From the human T2T-CHM13v2.0 reference genome, Homo sapiens: a stretch of 64,000 nt of DNA. Location of the stretch: NCBI RefSeq assembly GCF_009914755.1, contig NC_060933.1. The stretch is one strand, 5' to 3'. Positions 27,345 through 48,554 of this stretch are shown one piece after another (position 1 is the stretch's first letter; each line of letters starts with the position of its first letter). Below the pieces are notes generated by a model. That model was not told the origin of the DNA. It ran no database searches and was given only the letters and a program-made list of their open reading frames with translations. Made by a program: the position numbers and the translations under genes.

Positions 27345-29543
27345 TTGAATTAACTTTTATAGAAACAAAGGAGTTGTATCTACTAAGGCAAAAAGTAGGA
27401 AAATCTAGGATCATAAAAATTGCTCAATTATTAAAAAAAATACAAGAGAAAAAAGGAAACAAACGACAGGTAAACATATAGAAAACCAAGAGCCAGATGA
27501 TGGATTTAAACCCAAGTAAGTCAACAATTACATTAACTCTAAATATTCTAAACATTCTAATTTTAAAAGATTATCAGACTGGAAAGTTTGCAAGACCCAT
27601 CTAATTACTGCCTATAATAAATTAAAAAGGCACAGGTTAAAAGTAAAAGAAAGTTACAGGTTAAAAGTAAAAAAAAAGACATATTATGTTAAAAAAATGA
27701 AAATAAAGCTAGAATAACTACATTAATAGATTTAGTGCAAATATTGTTACCAGGACAAAAAATGGTCATTTCATAATTATAAAGGAGTCAATTAATCAAG
27801 AGAAAATAATAATTTCTAATTTTTCTATACCTAATAATGGAGCTACAAAATACAGGAAGCAAAAACTGATAGAACTGGAAGGAAAAATAGGCAAATATAA
27901 ATTATACTCAGAGATTTCAGCACACTCTCTTGACAATTGATAGAACAAGTATACAGAATATCAGTAAGATTATAGAAGATTTGAACAACAATATTAACCT
28001 GATCTAATTGACATAGAACACTCAAAAATAGCAACTACAAATTATTTTCACATGCACATGGGAAATTTACCAAGATATATTCTGGGCCATTAAAAAATCC
28101 CAAAACTATAAAATGACTTAAATTTTACAAAGTATGCTCCCAGATCATAAATGGAATTAAATTAGAAATCAATAACAAAAAATTATCTAGGAAATCTCCT
28201 CATATGTGGGAGCTAAATTACTTCTAAATAACTCACAGTTCAAGAAGAAATGAAAAGGGAGATTAGAGAGTAAGTTGAACTCAATAAAAATAAAAACAAA
28301 ATATCTAGAAATCTATGAGATCAGCTAAAGCAGTATTCAGAAGGAAATTTATAGCACTAAACTGTCTTTATTAGAAAAAAAGGCAAAATCAATAATCTGT
28401 TTCTATATTATACAGCTAAAAATAAGTCAAATGCAAAATAAGCAGAAGAAAAATAATAAACAGCATAAATGAATGAAAGAGAAAAAGAAATAGAACAGAG
28501 AATATCAATGAAACCAAAGCTAATTCTTTAAGACAAACAAAATGGATAAATCTCAAGTCAGACTGGTCAGAAAAAAGGAGAGACAGAAGAAACAAATTAC
28601 CAGTATCAGGAATGAGAGTGGTAACATCACGAATGATTCCACAGATATAAAAAGATAACAAGGGGATACTATTTTTAAAAAACCTTTCTGCTAACAAATG
28701 GAAATTTAGATATACAAATTATTTTAAAGACACAATCTATCAGTGCTTACTCAAGAAGAAATAGATAACCTAAATAGCTTCATATCTGTGAAGCTATTTA
28801 AGCTAAAGAAGTTTATTCTGTAGTTAAAAATCTTGAACAAAGGAAGCTCAAGACTTATGGCTTAACTAGTGAATTCTGCCAAACATTTAAGGAAGAAATA
28901 ATGCTAAATCTAACAAACTGTTCCAGAAAATTGAAGATGAAGGAATATTTCCCAATTTATCCTTTAAGATAAGCATTGCCCTGAAACCAAAACCAGGCTT
29001 AAAAAAAAGAAAAGAAAAGAAAAGAAAACTGCAGGTTGATGCCTCTGTGACTATAGATGCAAAAATTCTTAACAATTTTTTTTTTTGCAAATCAAAACCA
29101 AAAATATATGACCAAGTGAGGTTTATCCCAGAAATAATATCCCAGGGTTGGTTTAATCTTTAAAAATCAATCAGTAGAATCCACCATATCAACAAACTAA
29201 AAAACACCATACAATAGTCTCAATTGGTACACAAAAAATATTTGATAAAATCCTACTTCCATTCCCAATTTAAAAAAAAGACTCTCAGCAACTAAAAATA
29301 GAAGTGAACTTCCTCAAGCTGATAAAGAACATGTACAGAAAACCTACTGCTACCGTTAAACTTAATTGTGTTTGATTAAAGCTCTTTTCCTAAGTCCAAA
29401 AATAAAGCAAGGATATCTGCTTTACTCACTATTTTCAAAATTATGGTAAAGCTTATAGCCAGGACAATCAGGGAAGAAAAAGAAACAAAGGCATAAGGAA
29501 TAAGGAAAAAAAAAAGTCATTCTTTGCACAATATAATCGTCTA

Positions 29544-29932
<389 letters not shown>

Positions 29933-30105
29933 CTAACAAGTTGCAGGAAACACAATCTATATATTTTTAAAAAAAATTTCTAATAATCACATCAAATCAT
30001 GGGAAACTGAAAATTTAAAAACATCTTTTACAGTAGCATCTAAGTGTATTAAAATAGGATAAGTCATTCAACAGATTTATGTTACATATGACCATACATT
30101 TTATG

Positions 30106-30419
30106 TATTTATTTATTTTTATTTATTTATTTATTTTTTTGAGACAGTCTCACTCTGTTGCCCAGGCTAGAGTGCAGTGGCACAATATCGGCTCATTGCA
30201 ACCTCTGCTCCCGGGTTCAAGTGATTCTCTTGCGTTAGCCTCCTGTGTAGCTGGGATTACAGGTGTGCGCCACCATGCCCAGCTAATTTTTGTATTTTTA
30301 GTAGAGAAGGAGTTTCAGCATGTTGGCCAGGCTAGTTTCGAACTCCTGGCCTCAGGTGATTCTCCCACTTCATCCTCCCAAAGTGCTGGGATTACAATCG
30401 TGAGCCACTGTGCCAGGCC
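30106..30419 (-). mobile_element. AluS
   Basis: TSD tga(c/t)catacatttta; (TTTA)n tail. Confidence 0.92.
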
Positions 30420-30697
30420 TGATCATACATTTTACTTATACATGTGTTATGAAGACAATAAAATATTGCTACTTTTTTTTGCTTAAATACAATTATCTTT
30501 TAAAGATACTTAACAAAAAACCATGTTTTTCATGTATTCATTATTTTTTGTGCTCTTCATTCCTTCTTGTAAATCCCTATTTCTGTCTGGCGTCATTTTC
30601 CTTCTGTCTGAAGGACAGACATCCTTTAACATTTCCTGTAGTTCAGGTCTCCTGTCAGCTTTGCTTGTCTAAAAATATATTTGTCTTTTTAAAAATC

Positions 30698-32095
<1,398 letters not shown>

Positions 32096-32099
32096 TTTC

Positions 32100-34514
<2,415 letters not shown>

Positions 34515-34528
34515 TAGAGCATGCCAGG

Positions 34529-34858
34529 TGTCAGGTTCCACTTTGAGCTGGGGCCCGAGGGGAGTGGGTGGACGGGTGGCAGGTAGCTGAAAGAACACTC
34601 GAGGGACCGTAGGCAGTTGGGACATGGCTTTATTCTCTCTCTCTCCTACAGAGTCAGCAGTGCAGTTATATGACTTATAGACAATAGTGGCTCAAAGCCA
34701 GGTATAAGCTCACACAAACAGGTTACTTTAAATGGCTACATAAATATGATCACATAATGCACAGAGTTGTGTGCCTGTGCTCTAGACCCGCTGTGTCATG
34801 CTGTACTGGATGTCTGCCTCGGCCTGCTCCTGACTGAAGCACAGCCATTCTTTTTACA
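34529..34858 (-). mobile_element. LTR18 (HERV-S/HERVL18) 3' LTR
   Basis: Minus strand TGTAAAAAGAATGGCTGTGC...GAACCTGACA with TG...CA termini; AATAAA; purine tract gaggatggag immediately upstream. Confidence 0.88.
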
Positions 34859-34909
34859 CTCCATCCTCTAGACCGGGAGAAAATGTGCCCACAGGGAGGA
34901 ACCCTGAAC

Positions 34910-36000
34910 TTATAGGTCACAGTAGCAATACAGGGAGCAACAACTCATTACTAATACTCCCATGGTGCTGCCTATAATTATTAGGGTCCAGCACAGGCCA
35001 GAGCCCAGAGACACCCACCGTGTCTGTAGGAGGTTGTCAATAAGGCTCTCAACTGCCTTGATTTCCTGGGGAACCCCCTGCAAAGCTGCTGTTACGTTTT
35101 GTTGATTGTCAGGGATGAAAGTACAACATTGAGTTCCCCAAAGAGCACAGGTGCCACCTTGGGCAGCTGTTAATATGTCTAGGACCATCCACTTCTGCAG
35201 TACCACCTTTCTAGTTTGATCAACCTCATCTGTCAGCAGAAGGAGGGCAACTCAGGTGTAATTCAAGGCTCAAGCAGTGTGCTCCACAAGGGCCGTAACT
35301 TGCATTTCTACAGTTATGACACCTGTTCCAGGAATGGTTAATGCTAAAGGGTAGAGCCACCAGGGGGCTCGTCGAACTTGCAAAAACAAGGAATGTAGTG
35401 CCTCTGTTGTGTGGGCATCTAGGCAATGTGGGAATGACAGTGGCAGGCACATAAGGCCACCCCCAGGTACAGTGGCCCGTTCAGGTAACTGGCACATATG
35501 ACTGTGTCTCTATAGACCCATAAACTCTCAGGGGGCACAAAGTCCATTGGGGCTCGGCCTTGATGAGGCTGTCTATTCCACCACACCTTTGGTGTGGTGA
35601 CATGTTATATTTATGCAGGCTATGGCGGGCAACTGCCCCACGGTGATGTTACCCCAATGTTGCTCTATACATCGTGGTACCTGTGCTGGGGGCACCACAT
35701 GTTCTCCCACTAACCAGCCCCATCCATCGTAGGCACTATGGGTCAGCCAGGGGATGGGCATGCCATGGGTTTTGCGGAGCCCTATCCAAAGCTTGTCATG
35801 CTGCGTTCCAAATGTCGGCCACGGGACCCCAAGTCTCTAACCATGTCCAGTTTTCCACAGAAGCTGGATGTATGTGCCAGAGCAAGCCATCCGCAGCTGC
35901 TGCTGGAAGGGTGGTGCAGATCCAACAGTTGGAAGCATTGGTCACCTCAGTGTAGGCATGGGCCCAGTCCACAATGCTGTTGGAGCATGTCAACCTACTG
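34910..36000 (-). pseudogene. env: HERV-S env remnant (frameshifted)
   Basis: SU start with NCWIC; cleavage-like QVRR/APWW; ISD-like LQKWMVLDILTAAQGGTCALWGTQCC (CX6CC); hydrophobic TM anchor. Confidence 0.88.
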
Positions 36001-37241
36001 TTGAAGCGACAAAGCAGGTGCAGATACTAACAGGGGTAAATCATAGCCCTCAGGTAAAATACAGAACAACCTTTCATCTCCGGATAACAATGCAGCCGCC
36101 AAGGACTTCTGCCCTGGGCGATGGTACCACATCTTTTCAGCTCCCCATGGTTTCCTTGGGTCCTGTATCCATGCCAAAGTCACCAGGGAGCTCATAATAG
36201 GCCACACAGACAATACGTATGTCCCCTGGAGGAGGGTTCCTTCCCCAGCCATTCCCCTACGAACAGTCCATCGCGGGGGCCACATATTAAATACCTAAGG
36301 AGTGACATGTAAATCATACTGTAGCCCCCCACCCCCATCCCCCTGCCACCAGGGAGCTACAATAGCCAACCATTGGGAATGTGGGGCTAGGAGGGTCCAG
36401 GACCAAAGCCAGGTTTTCTCTTCCCCTGCCTTCAGGGCCGTTGGGGCAGGCAACAACAGATTACTGTTCATCCCCATACCCAGCCGGGGGAGGTCATCCT
36501 TGGTGTGTGTCTGTAGCTGGATGCGGGTGGCGGTCCGGTGTAGCAGTGCCTCCACCGGGGCTGGGCCACCTTTCCATGGCTGTTCGTTCAAGGTTTGCAA
36601 CACCAGGTCCAACCTTGAACTCCAGCCCCACAAAGATAGGGGAGTAACATACAAGCGTAACCTGTTTTTCAGGAGTCGGTTATGTCACTCAGTCATACCA
36701 GCAGCTTGTGGGTTATGTGGAACATGGAACCTTTACTTTACGTCCATCCATTGTGCCCACTGTTGTATCTGCTGTTCAGTAAAATGCATTCCCTTGTCCC
36801 TTTCAACAGTCAGAGGACGACCGTATAGGGCACACAAGTGCTGCAGGGCCTGAATGGTATGTTGCTGGTCGGCCGTCCTGCAAGGGTAGGCAAGCAACAG
36901 ACCGGTGGCCATGTGTATAGCTGTCAGCACATGCCTATGCCCCTGTAACCTCGGCAGTGGCCCGACGTAGTCTATTTGCCATCTAGTCAAGGGAATCTGC
37001 CCTACCGTCACTTGTTGTGTAACACTGGACAGCTGTCTCCATCTGGGGTATGCCTGTGCACATGCTGGGCACTTCCAGCAGGCCTCCCAGGTATCTTGTG
37101 TGGGCAAGGTTAGATCCCAGCACTTATTGACCTGTTGCATTAGTTCACCTCCTGTATGGCCCAGTTTTCGGTGCAGCCATTGGGCTATATCTTATGTAGG
37201 TGCTGACTCCAACCACTGGACCTCGGCCAAGGCGTCTGCCT
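36001..37241 (-). pseudogene. pol: HERV-S pol remnant (RNase H end plus integrase), 5'-truncated
   Basis: WLHRKLGH...CWKCPAC (HHCC), WQIDYVGPLP, ERDKGMHF, HNPQAAGMTE (DDE); stops and frameshifts present. Confidence 0.9.
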
Positions 37242-37341
37242 AATATTCCTTTCTGTCCCTCATCTTCTGCATTACTGTCTTCTTTTGTGTTGAGTTTTTA
37301 TAGTAAAATGTTTGCATTCATTTCTCATTTCCTTTTGTATA

Positions 37342-37657
37342 CAGCAACACTCCCTTATTCGTAGTTTTGCTTTCCATGGTTTCAGTCACCTACAGTAGAG
37401 TACAATAAGATATTTTGAGAGAAAGGGAGAGCCCACATTCACATAACTTTTATTACAGTATGTCATTATAATCATTCCATTTTATTATTAGTTATTGTTG
37501 TTAAACTTTTACTGTGACTACTTTATAAATTAAACTCTATCATATGCATTTATATATAGGAAAAAACATGGTATTTATAGGGTTCGGTACTATCTGCAGC
37601 TTCAGCACCCACTGGGGATCTTGGAACATAAACCCCACAGATAAAGGGGGACTACTA
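37342..37657. mobile_element. MER44A (Tigger7-derived MITE)
   Basis: TIR-like cagcaacactcccttattc...gataaagggggactacta; core gggttcggtactatctgc. Confidence 0.88.
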
Positions 37658-38489
37658 TGTTTCCATATCTATTTTTTGTGGTTACCATGAGGATTACATT
37701 TAACACCCAAACGTTATAACACACTAATTCAAATTTATACCAGCTTAATCTCAATGACATACAAAAACTTTACTCCTTTACAGCTCCTTCTCCCTCCTTA
37801 CAGTTGTTGATGTTGCAGAATTACATTTTTATATCTTTTGTGACCAAAAACATAAACTAATAAGTACATTGGTCTCTTAAATTTGTAGAAAAGAAAATCT
37901 GGAGTTACATACTAAAATTACAATAATACTACTCTTTAGACTGATAATTGTTTTTAAATGTATTCTAAAATGTATTGTTTTAAAGGTATTCATATCTTAA
38001 ATAGTGTAGAAAACATAAATTGGAGGTACAAACATTATTATTGTTACAATAGTGCTAGCTTTTATAATTACCCATGTACTTTTCTCATAGATATGTATTT
38101 CTTCACATGATTTCAAGTTTCTCTCTAGTGTCCTTTCATTTCATCCTGCAGGATTCCCTTGAGCATTTCTTGAAGGGAAGTTCTAGTGGTAACAAACTCC
38201 CTCAGCTGTTGTTTATCTGGGAATTTAATTTCTCCCTCACTTTTGAAGGAGAGTTTTGCTGGATATAGAATTCCATATTGATGGTTTTTATTTTTCTTTT
38301 AGCACTTTTAATATATTGGCCCACTTCCTTCTGGCCTCCAAAATTTCTGATTAGAAATCTGATGATCATCTTATTGAGAATCACCTTTATGTAATGAGTT
38401 ACTTCTCTTTTGCTGCTTTCAAGATGCTTCTGTCTGTTGAAATGTGTCTCAGTGTGGGTCTCTTTGAATTTATCTTCCATAAATACAAA

Positions 38490-39163
38490 GACTTTGCTAT
38501 AGTTCCCAATAAGTTCCTCATTTCCATCTGAAAACTTCTCAGCCTGGCCTTCACTGTCCATATCACTATCAGCATTTTTGTTATAACCATTTAACCAGTC
38601 TCTAGGAAGTTCCAAACTTTCCTTCATCTTCCTGTCTTCTGAGCCCTCCAAACTCTTCCAACCTCTGCCTGTTACCCAATTCCAAAGCTGCTTCCACATT
38701 TTCAAGTATATTTATAGTAATGCCTCACTCTTGGTATCAATTTTCTATATTAGGCCATTCTTGCATTGCTATAAAGAAACACCCGAGACTGAGTAATTTA
38801 TAAGGAAAAAGGTTTAATTGTCTCACATTTCTGCAGGCTATACAGGAGATTTGGGAGCAACTGCTTCTGGGGAGACCTCCGGAAGCTTACAATCATGATG
38901 GAAGGCCAAGTGGAAGCTTGCACGTCATATGGTGAAAGCAGAAGCAAGAAAAGAGAGAGCAGGGAGGTGCCACAGTTTCAAATAACCAGACCTTATGAGA
39001 ACTCATTCACTATCGTAAGGCCAGCACCAAAGGGTTGGTGGTAAACCACTCATGAGAAATCCAGCCCCATGAGCCAATCACCCCCCACTGGGGTCGACCT
39101 CTAACACTGGGGATTACAATTCAATATGATATTTGGGTAGGAACACATATCCAAACGATATCA
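38490..39163 (-). mobile_element. MSTA LTR (38746-39163) plus adjacent MST internal fragment
   Basis: cattcttgcattgctataaag...tatccaaacgatatca; internal part translates MWKQLWNWVTGRGWKSLEGSE (MaLR ORF). Confidence 0.88.
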
Positions 39164-39592
39164 TTTTCTATTTCTCAGACTTAATGATTTTCATTGGCCT
39201 GTCTTCAAGTTTACTAATTCTTTCTTCTGCCTACTCAAATCTGCCTTTGAATCACTCTAACAAATTTTTAATTTCATTTTTGTATTTTTTAGATTCAGAA
39301 TTTCTTATTGGTTGCTTTTTAGGACTTCTGTCTTTTAACTGATATTTCCATTGTGTTCATGTATTGTTTTCTGGACTTTCTTTACATCTTCCTTTCGTTC
39401 TTCGAGCATCTCTAAGACTATTATTTTTCAGTTTTGTCTAATTGGTTTGTCAGATCTGTCATCTGGTCTTCTTCAGGAATAGTTCTTGTTGATTTATTTT
39501 TTTCCTTTGAATAGGGTATACTTTCCTGTTTCTTTATATGCCTTGTGATTTTTTCGTTGAAAATTTGACATTTGAATTTACTAATGTGGTAA

Positions 39593-39994
<402 letters not shown>

Positions 39995-41464
39995 GCTCTG
40001 TTTTTGCTTTCTTAGCTGTGTAGGCTATCTCTGTGCCAAGGATCAGTCTGAGGTGTAAACTTAAGTTCTTCTCAGGTTCTCTCTGTGCCTGCACCTTTGC
40101 CCAGGCATGTGCAGTCACTTTCTGATTTTCCCTGTGTATGTCATTGTTTTTAATGCCCTAGTCTTTAATGTCTGGTTCCCAAAAGGAGAAAGAAAAAATA
40201 AAAATGAAGGGGTGGGGGAAAAGAAAAGATACTTGGTCCTTTAAATATCCTGGTCATCACTTTAACTGTAGTGGGGAAGCTTGTACCAATAGATAGAAGT
40301 GCAACCACAAGGACCTCCAGGCCCTTTGCACCTCTGTGATCAGAAGGAGCAGTCAGCAATCAGAGCACAGATCCTTGTTATTTGGAAGACAGAGGTCTTT
40401 TTCCCACCTTGGCTTCCACCAGCTGGGTGCAAGCCACTCCAAGAACGCAGGTAGAGCTGCCTGCCAGGGGCTGAGGGTGGAGAATGGGTAGCTGCTACTG
40501 TGCCAAGAGTGGAAGTTAACTGCAATTTACATCCAAGCCTTCCCTTGGAAGTTCCAAACCATTAATAGACTCAGAGTTCCAAGATTGTTTGTCATCAAAT
40601 TCTGTCAGTTCATTTATTTTCTGCGTGGAGAGAGAGATCCCTGGTGTTTGCTACTCTGCCATCTCCCAAGAATATTCTGTGTCTCCTTCACTTTTGAAGA
40701 ATAATTTTGCAAGCTACAGAATTCTAGGTTGGTGGATATTTTTCTCTCAACACTTTAAATAATTCACTTCACTCTTCTTGCTTGGATGGTTTGTGAAGAA
40801 AAATGAGATGTAAATGAGATGTTTCTCTACATATAAGCTTCCCCTGCAGTTTCTTTCATGATTTTTCCTGTATCTCACATTTTTGACAGTTTGACTATGA
40901 GATGCCTAGGTGTAGGTGAAAGACACATGTCTCTTCACTATCAGTCTAAAGGTAATGCCCCACTGCAGGAATTCCCCAGCTTTACTTTGCATCAGAATTA
41001 TGAGAGGAACTTGCAAAAAATACAGAGGTCTAGGCCCCACCTAAGATCACCTGAAGCAGAGACATCCAAGGAGGGCCCTAGACGTGGATGTTTCCTATTG
41101 TACTTTCTTCCGCGTTGTCTTCTCAGTAGTTCTTTTCCTGGCATCACAACTTCTGTTTTTATAGTATATCTGGGGGCTCAGTGTTTTATCTCACCATGAA
41201 AAAGTCCTTAAATCAGATCTAATATAAGGATCATCTGTTTTATGATTCACATGGATATTGCATCACATGAATATTGCACAAGAATGGGCTCTTGGGAAAA
41301 GATTTTCAAGTGCAGTCTCTTCTAGTTCCACGACAAATTGTAGAGACCTTACTTTAACAAAAAGAAGGCTCCAAGTAATGCTTCTTTTGCACATCATTTA
41401 GATTTTATTAGAAACTGCTCAAACCTAAAATGGCTACCTTTGCTCTTCAAGGAGGTAGAATGAG

Positions 41465-41828
41465 TGATATGGTTTGGCTTTGTCTCCACCCAAATCTCAT
41501 CGTGAATTACAGCTCCCACAGTTCCCACATGTAGTGGGAGGGACCCGGTGGGAGGTTAGATCATGGGGGTGGGTCTTTCCCAAGCTGTTCTCATGATAGT
41601 GAGTAAGTCTCACGAGATCTGATGGATGTATAAAGAGGAGTTCCACTGCACAAGTTCTCTGTTGCCCGCCACCACACAAAAAGTCCCTTTGCTCTTCCTT
41701 CATCTTCTGCCATGATTGTGAGGCCTCCCCGGCCATGTGGAACTGTGAGTCCATTAAACCTCTTTTCCTTTATAAATTACCCAGTCTTGGGTATGTCTTT
41801 ATTCGCAGCGGGAGAATGGACTAATACA
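41465..41828 (+). mobile_element. THE1 (B-like) solo LTR
   Basis: tgatatggtttggc...gactaataca; 5-bp TSD atga(g/t). Confidence 0.93.
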
Positions 41829-42689
41829 ATGATCTTAACTAAAAAGATGATTAAAAAAAGAAAGGTGATGACCCTACAATAGTTATATTTAAAAACATAT
41901 GTAGTTTTTTTTACTAACTCAGCTAAGCCATCACTTTGTGACTCTATAATTGATCATCCTAACTGGAAAATGTTAACAGTGAAAAGGGCAGGGCAACTCC
42001 TAATAACACGGCAGACACAGGCACCACGCAGGGCAACACCCAGAGGCCCTTCATGACCCGGAGCCAGGGAGCCGGGCACGGGCAGGGGCTGCTGCACATT
42101 CACCACACTCACGCCACGGGCTGGCCTCAGGCTTGACAAGCTCAGGCCTTTGGTTAAAGGTCCCATGGCTGAGTGGAGGTGCATGGGAGGGGCAGGAGTG
42201 AAGTGCTTTCCCAGGAAGAGGCACGGCTCCAGGAGAAACTGCTCCATGGAAAGTAAAGTTGGTTTGCACGAAGATGGTGGTGGAGCAGAGGAGAGAAGGG
42301 AGGGTGTTTGAAGGTAGGATCTGTGGGACGCAAGATGGATGGGATGTAGAGGGTGAGGAGAAGCACAAGTCAGGAAGGATGTGGGGTCTGGGCTGAGCAG
42401 TGAGTGGGCCTGGGGCATTTGAGAGCGAAGTTGGCAGCAGCACCCCTGCAGAGCTGGACACAGGCTCTGCCACATGGTGCTGCCCTCCCTCCCTGATGCG
42501 GGGCCCCAGCAAACCAACTGCACCAACTTGCCACCCGCACTCCCATCCAGGATGTTTGCAACCTTGTGTCTCAGCCTGTGGTGAGCCTTCTGCCAGGCCC
42601 GCCAGCCCCTTCATTTCACCCCACTTCTACCCAAGAAGCATCTCCAGGTGCTGCTTACCCCATGTCTGGTCCCAGCAAGGGCATGACCT

Positions 42690-42790
42690 GTGACCATGCA
42701 GGGTCTCAGGCACCATCTGAGGAATGGGAGTCTGCATTGCAACAAGACCTCCAAGTGATTCCCGGGCACCGTGAAGTTTTCAGAGCATTG
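42690..42790. mobile_element. MER5A-like fragment
   Basis: gagtctgcattgcaacaagacctccaagtgattc...aagttttcagagcattg. Confidence 0.6.
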
Positions 42791-44628
42791 TAAATATCTC
42801 CTACCCATCCTGAAATATTCAGCTCAGGGCCACCTCCTCCAGGAGGCCCTCCCTGACCATCCTCACCTCCCAGGCCATGGCAGCATAGTGAGAGAGCGGG
42901 TGTTGAGGCAGCCCTGACTGTTCCATCACATTCTTGAGCATTTCCAGCTCATGAGTCTTTCTCTTCCACTGGCCAGGAGCTCTGGGGGCTAAATTTCTCT
43001 GTACTCACGCCTCCAGAGAGGTGTAAATGCTTCACACTTGGGAGGCCTCGCCATGCCCTCAAGCCCTTCTTGCACCTGCCCTTGGGGTCCCTGCTGTGGG
43101 CTCAGCCGAGAGGTAAGGCCACCTGGTCATGAGGGCCGGCAGGTATTGCAGACACCAAACAGAAGTGCAAGACGGATGTACCTTCCCACAGTCTTCCCTG
43201 GGGTACCCACTTCACTGGGCTCTGCAGCAGGACCTATCCTCAGGTCCCACAGAGACTTCCCTGGGGGAAGTCCCCTTAATTAGATCATTAGGAAACCTTT
43301 CAGTGTCGTCCCTCACTCCTCTTCCCTGCCCTACAACCACCCACAGCCAGCCCAGTCTATTCTTCCTTCTCCATCGCTGACGACCACCCAGGGCAGCCCC
43401 CAGAGCTCCCAGGAGAACCTGTGAGGACCCTCACCAAACCCCAGCCCCATCCTGAACCCTCCCTGGGGTTATCAGGCAGCACTGAGGTCCCCACCTGTGC
43501 ACCTGACCCTGCCCACTGTCCTCCCCCATCTTTCTCCAATTCCCCCAAGACAGCCTCTGAGCCCTCAGGGCCTTGATCCTGCTTTGCTGCCAGGAATATT
43601 CTCCTGGACCTTTCCAGCTGTCTCCTGCCCTATTCAGATCTCAGCTTAGTCACCTCCCAGTGTGCTCCCTCCCTGTCAGCCCTCAGCCCTATCACAGGTG
43701 TCTGCAGAGTGCCTGTTACCATCTCATGTATATTGGGCCCTGATGTCTGCCTGCCCACCACGAGGACGTGAGCTCCGTGGTCCTCAGGCCTTCTGGGGCT
43801 GTTTTGCCATGGCACCTCCCAAGTGCCTGCATCAGTGCTGAAGACATTGCAGAAGCTCACGGATATTGACTGACTGCATAGATGCCAGTGAATACAGGGA
43901 CACCCACGCTTCTGCTCTGTGGAGCTGCATGTGCTGCCCAGGCTCCCTGTGCGCCTGTCCCTGTTCCTGCCTGCTCTGGTCCAGGAGGCTGACTTGTCTG
44001 CTCTGCAAGGCCCAGGCTCCCTGGGTGCTGATGCCTGCAGCAAAATAAGAAGCAATGGTGGCAAAATGTGCACCTCCCTAAATTAACTATAAAGGCTAGA
44101 ACCAAACTACTCAAAATATGATGAACTTTGAATGGTCTTGTTTATGACTCTATTTGGGCATTGTTTTCAAACCAAAGTTGATTCCAGCCAATTTACTGTA
44201 CTATTTTCTAATAATAGCTCATAGATTAGAAATGGTCTTTGTTTTAAACCTTTCCTTCTCTGTGTTTGTTCAAGGGTGGAGCATAGGGCCACAGGACTGA
44301 AGGGTCTCCCCAGAGGTGTTAACTAACAGACCTCGATTTCAAGTGTGAGGACTCGGGAGAAATCGATTTGAATGAGGTCCTACACTCCAAAAAGTTTTCC
44401 TTGGATCCAGTGTGTCTCCGTTCAATCTGAGCATCCTGGATGGGGTGACTCCACTCTGTGGGAACACAGTGACCTAGGCCCCTGCCCTTGTGTGGCACAG
44501 ACATCCGTAGTTCAGGCTCCCTAGGTGCACCTTCAGTTCTCACCTCTTCAATTCTCATAGTCCTCTTCAGAAATCCGCCTTTGCAGAGGGTGGCAGGTCC
44601 TTTTTTGGGCCCAGTGTATCACCTTATA

Positions 44629-47313
<2,685 letters not shown>

Positions 47314-47604
47314 TACTTTGTTAAGTTACATCTCACCCTCTGATATCCCTATGGCCCACTCAAGCTCAGAACCCCATTGCCCATTTCCTGGAACTCTCCA
47401 TGTCTAACTCATCCCCAGAATATTTGCTTCAGAGGGAACACAGGAGAACCAGTTCAGGTCAGTCTTGGGTCCTGAGGGGCACCATGGCCCAAGCTGCAGG
47501 AACGTCCATGAATGGAGAGAACAGAGACTCTGACCAAGATGGTTGGTCAGGAAGGAGGTGGTCAAAGGCCAAAAGGAGAGTTGTTTCTACTTGGTGGTTT
47601 AGGT

Positions 47605-47960
47605 AGAGTTTATTTTATAGATCAGTTTTGGGTTCTATGAAAATATTAAGGGGAAGTACAGAGAGTTCACATACATACCTTTGCCTCCCATCACAGTTTC
47701 TCTATGAGTGACATCCTGGATTAGTGTGGTATATTTGTTACAATTGATGAACCATATTGAGACAACGTTATCAACCGAAGTCCATGGTTTCCATTAGGAT
47801 TCACTTTTTGTGTTGTATAATTCAATGAGTTTTCCCGAATACATTCAAATCATGTCTTAGATATTACAGTATCATATGGGATAGTTTTACTGCCTAAAGT
47901 CTCCTGTGATCCACTTCTTCATCTCTCTTTACCTCCCTCTGAACCCTTAATAACCTTCCC
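47605..47960 (-). mobile_element. L1MC-type 3' end
   Basis: aagtacagagagttc...tagtgtggtatatttgttacaattgatgaacc. Confidence 0.75.
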
Positions 47961-48049
47961 TCCTCTGTAATGGACTCTGCCTGATAGTCACATAGCCACT
48001 CTGGCTTTCTTTGAATTAGTGTTAGCGCATAATATATCTTTCTCCATCC

Positions 48050-48363
48050 TTTTATTTTTATTTTATTTTATTTTTTGAGATGGAATTTTGCTCTTGTTGC
48101 CCAGACTAGAGTGCAGTGGCGCGATCTCGGCTCACTGCAACCTCCGCCTCCTGGATTCAAACGATTCTCACCTTGTGCCTCAGCCTCCCTAGTAGCTAGG
48201 ATCACAGGCATGCACCAGCTTGCCCAGCTAATTTTTGTATTTTCAGTAGAGATGGGATTTCACCATGTTGGCCAAGCTGGTCTTTAACTCCTAACCTCAG
48301 GTGATCCACCCGCCTCAGCCTCCCAAAGTGCTAGGATTACAGGCGTGAGCCACCACGTCCGGC
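48050..48363 (-). mobile_element. AluSq-like
   Basis: ttttgctcttgttgccc; full antisense dimer. Confidence 0.9.
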
Positions 48364-48554
48364 ATCCCTTTATTTTTAATCTAACTGTGTCTTTACATTT
48401 AAGGTGGTTTTATTATAGAAACATATAGCTATGTATTGTTTTGGATCCAATCAGACAGCTGCTACCTTTTACTTCATGTATTTAGACTACTAATATTTAA
48501 ATTGATTATTGATATATTTGGATTAATATTGATCATATTCACTACTTTTCTTAT

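Noticed and set aside
41954-42614. Overlapping 187 and 190 aa minus-strand ORFs
   Set aside because: GC-rich, stop-poor sequence; no recognisable homology or exon structure, so not called as CDS.
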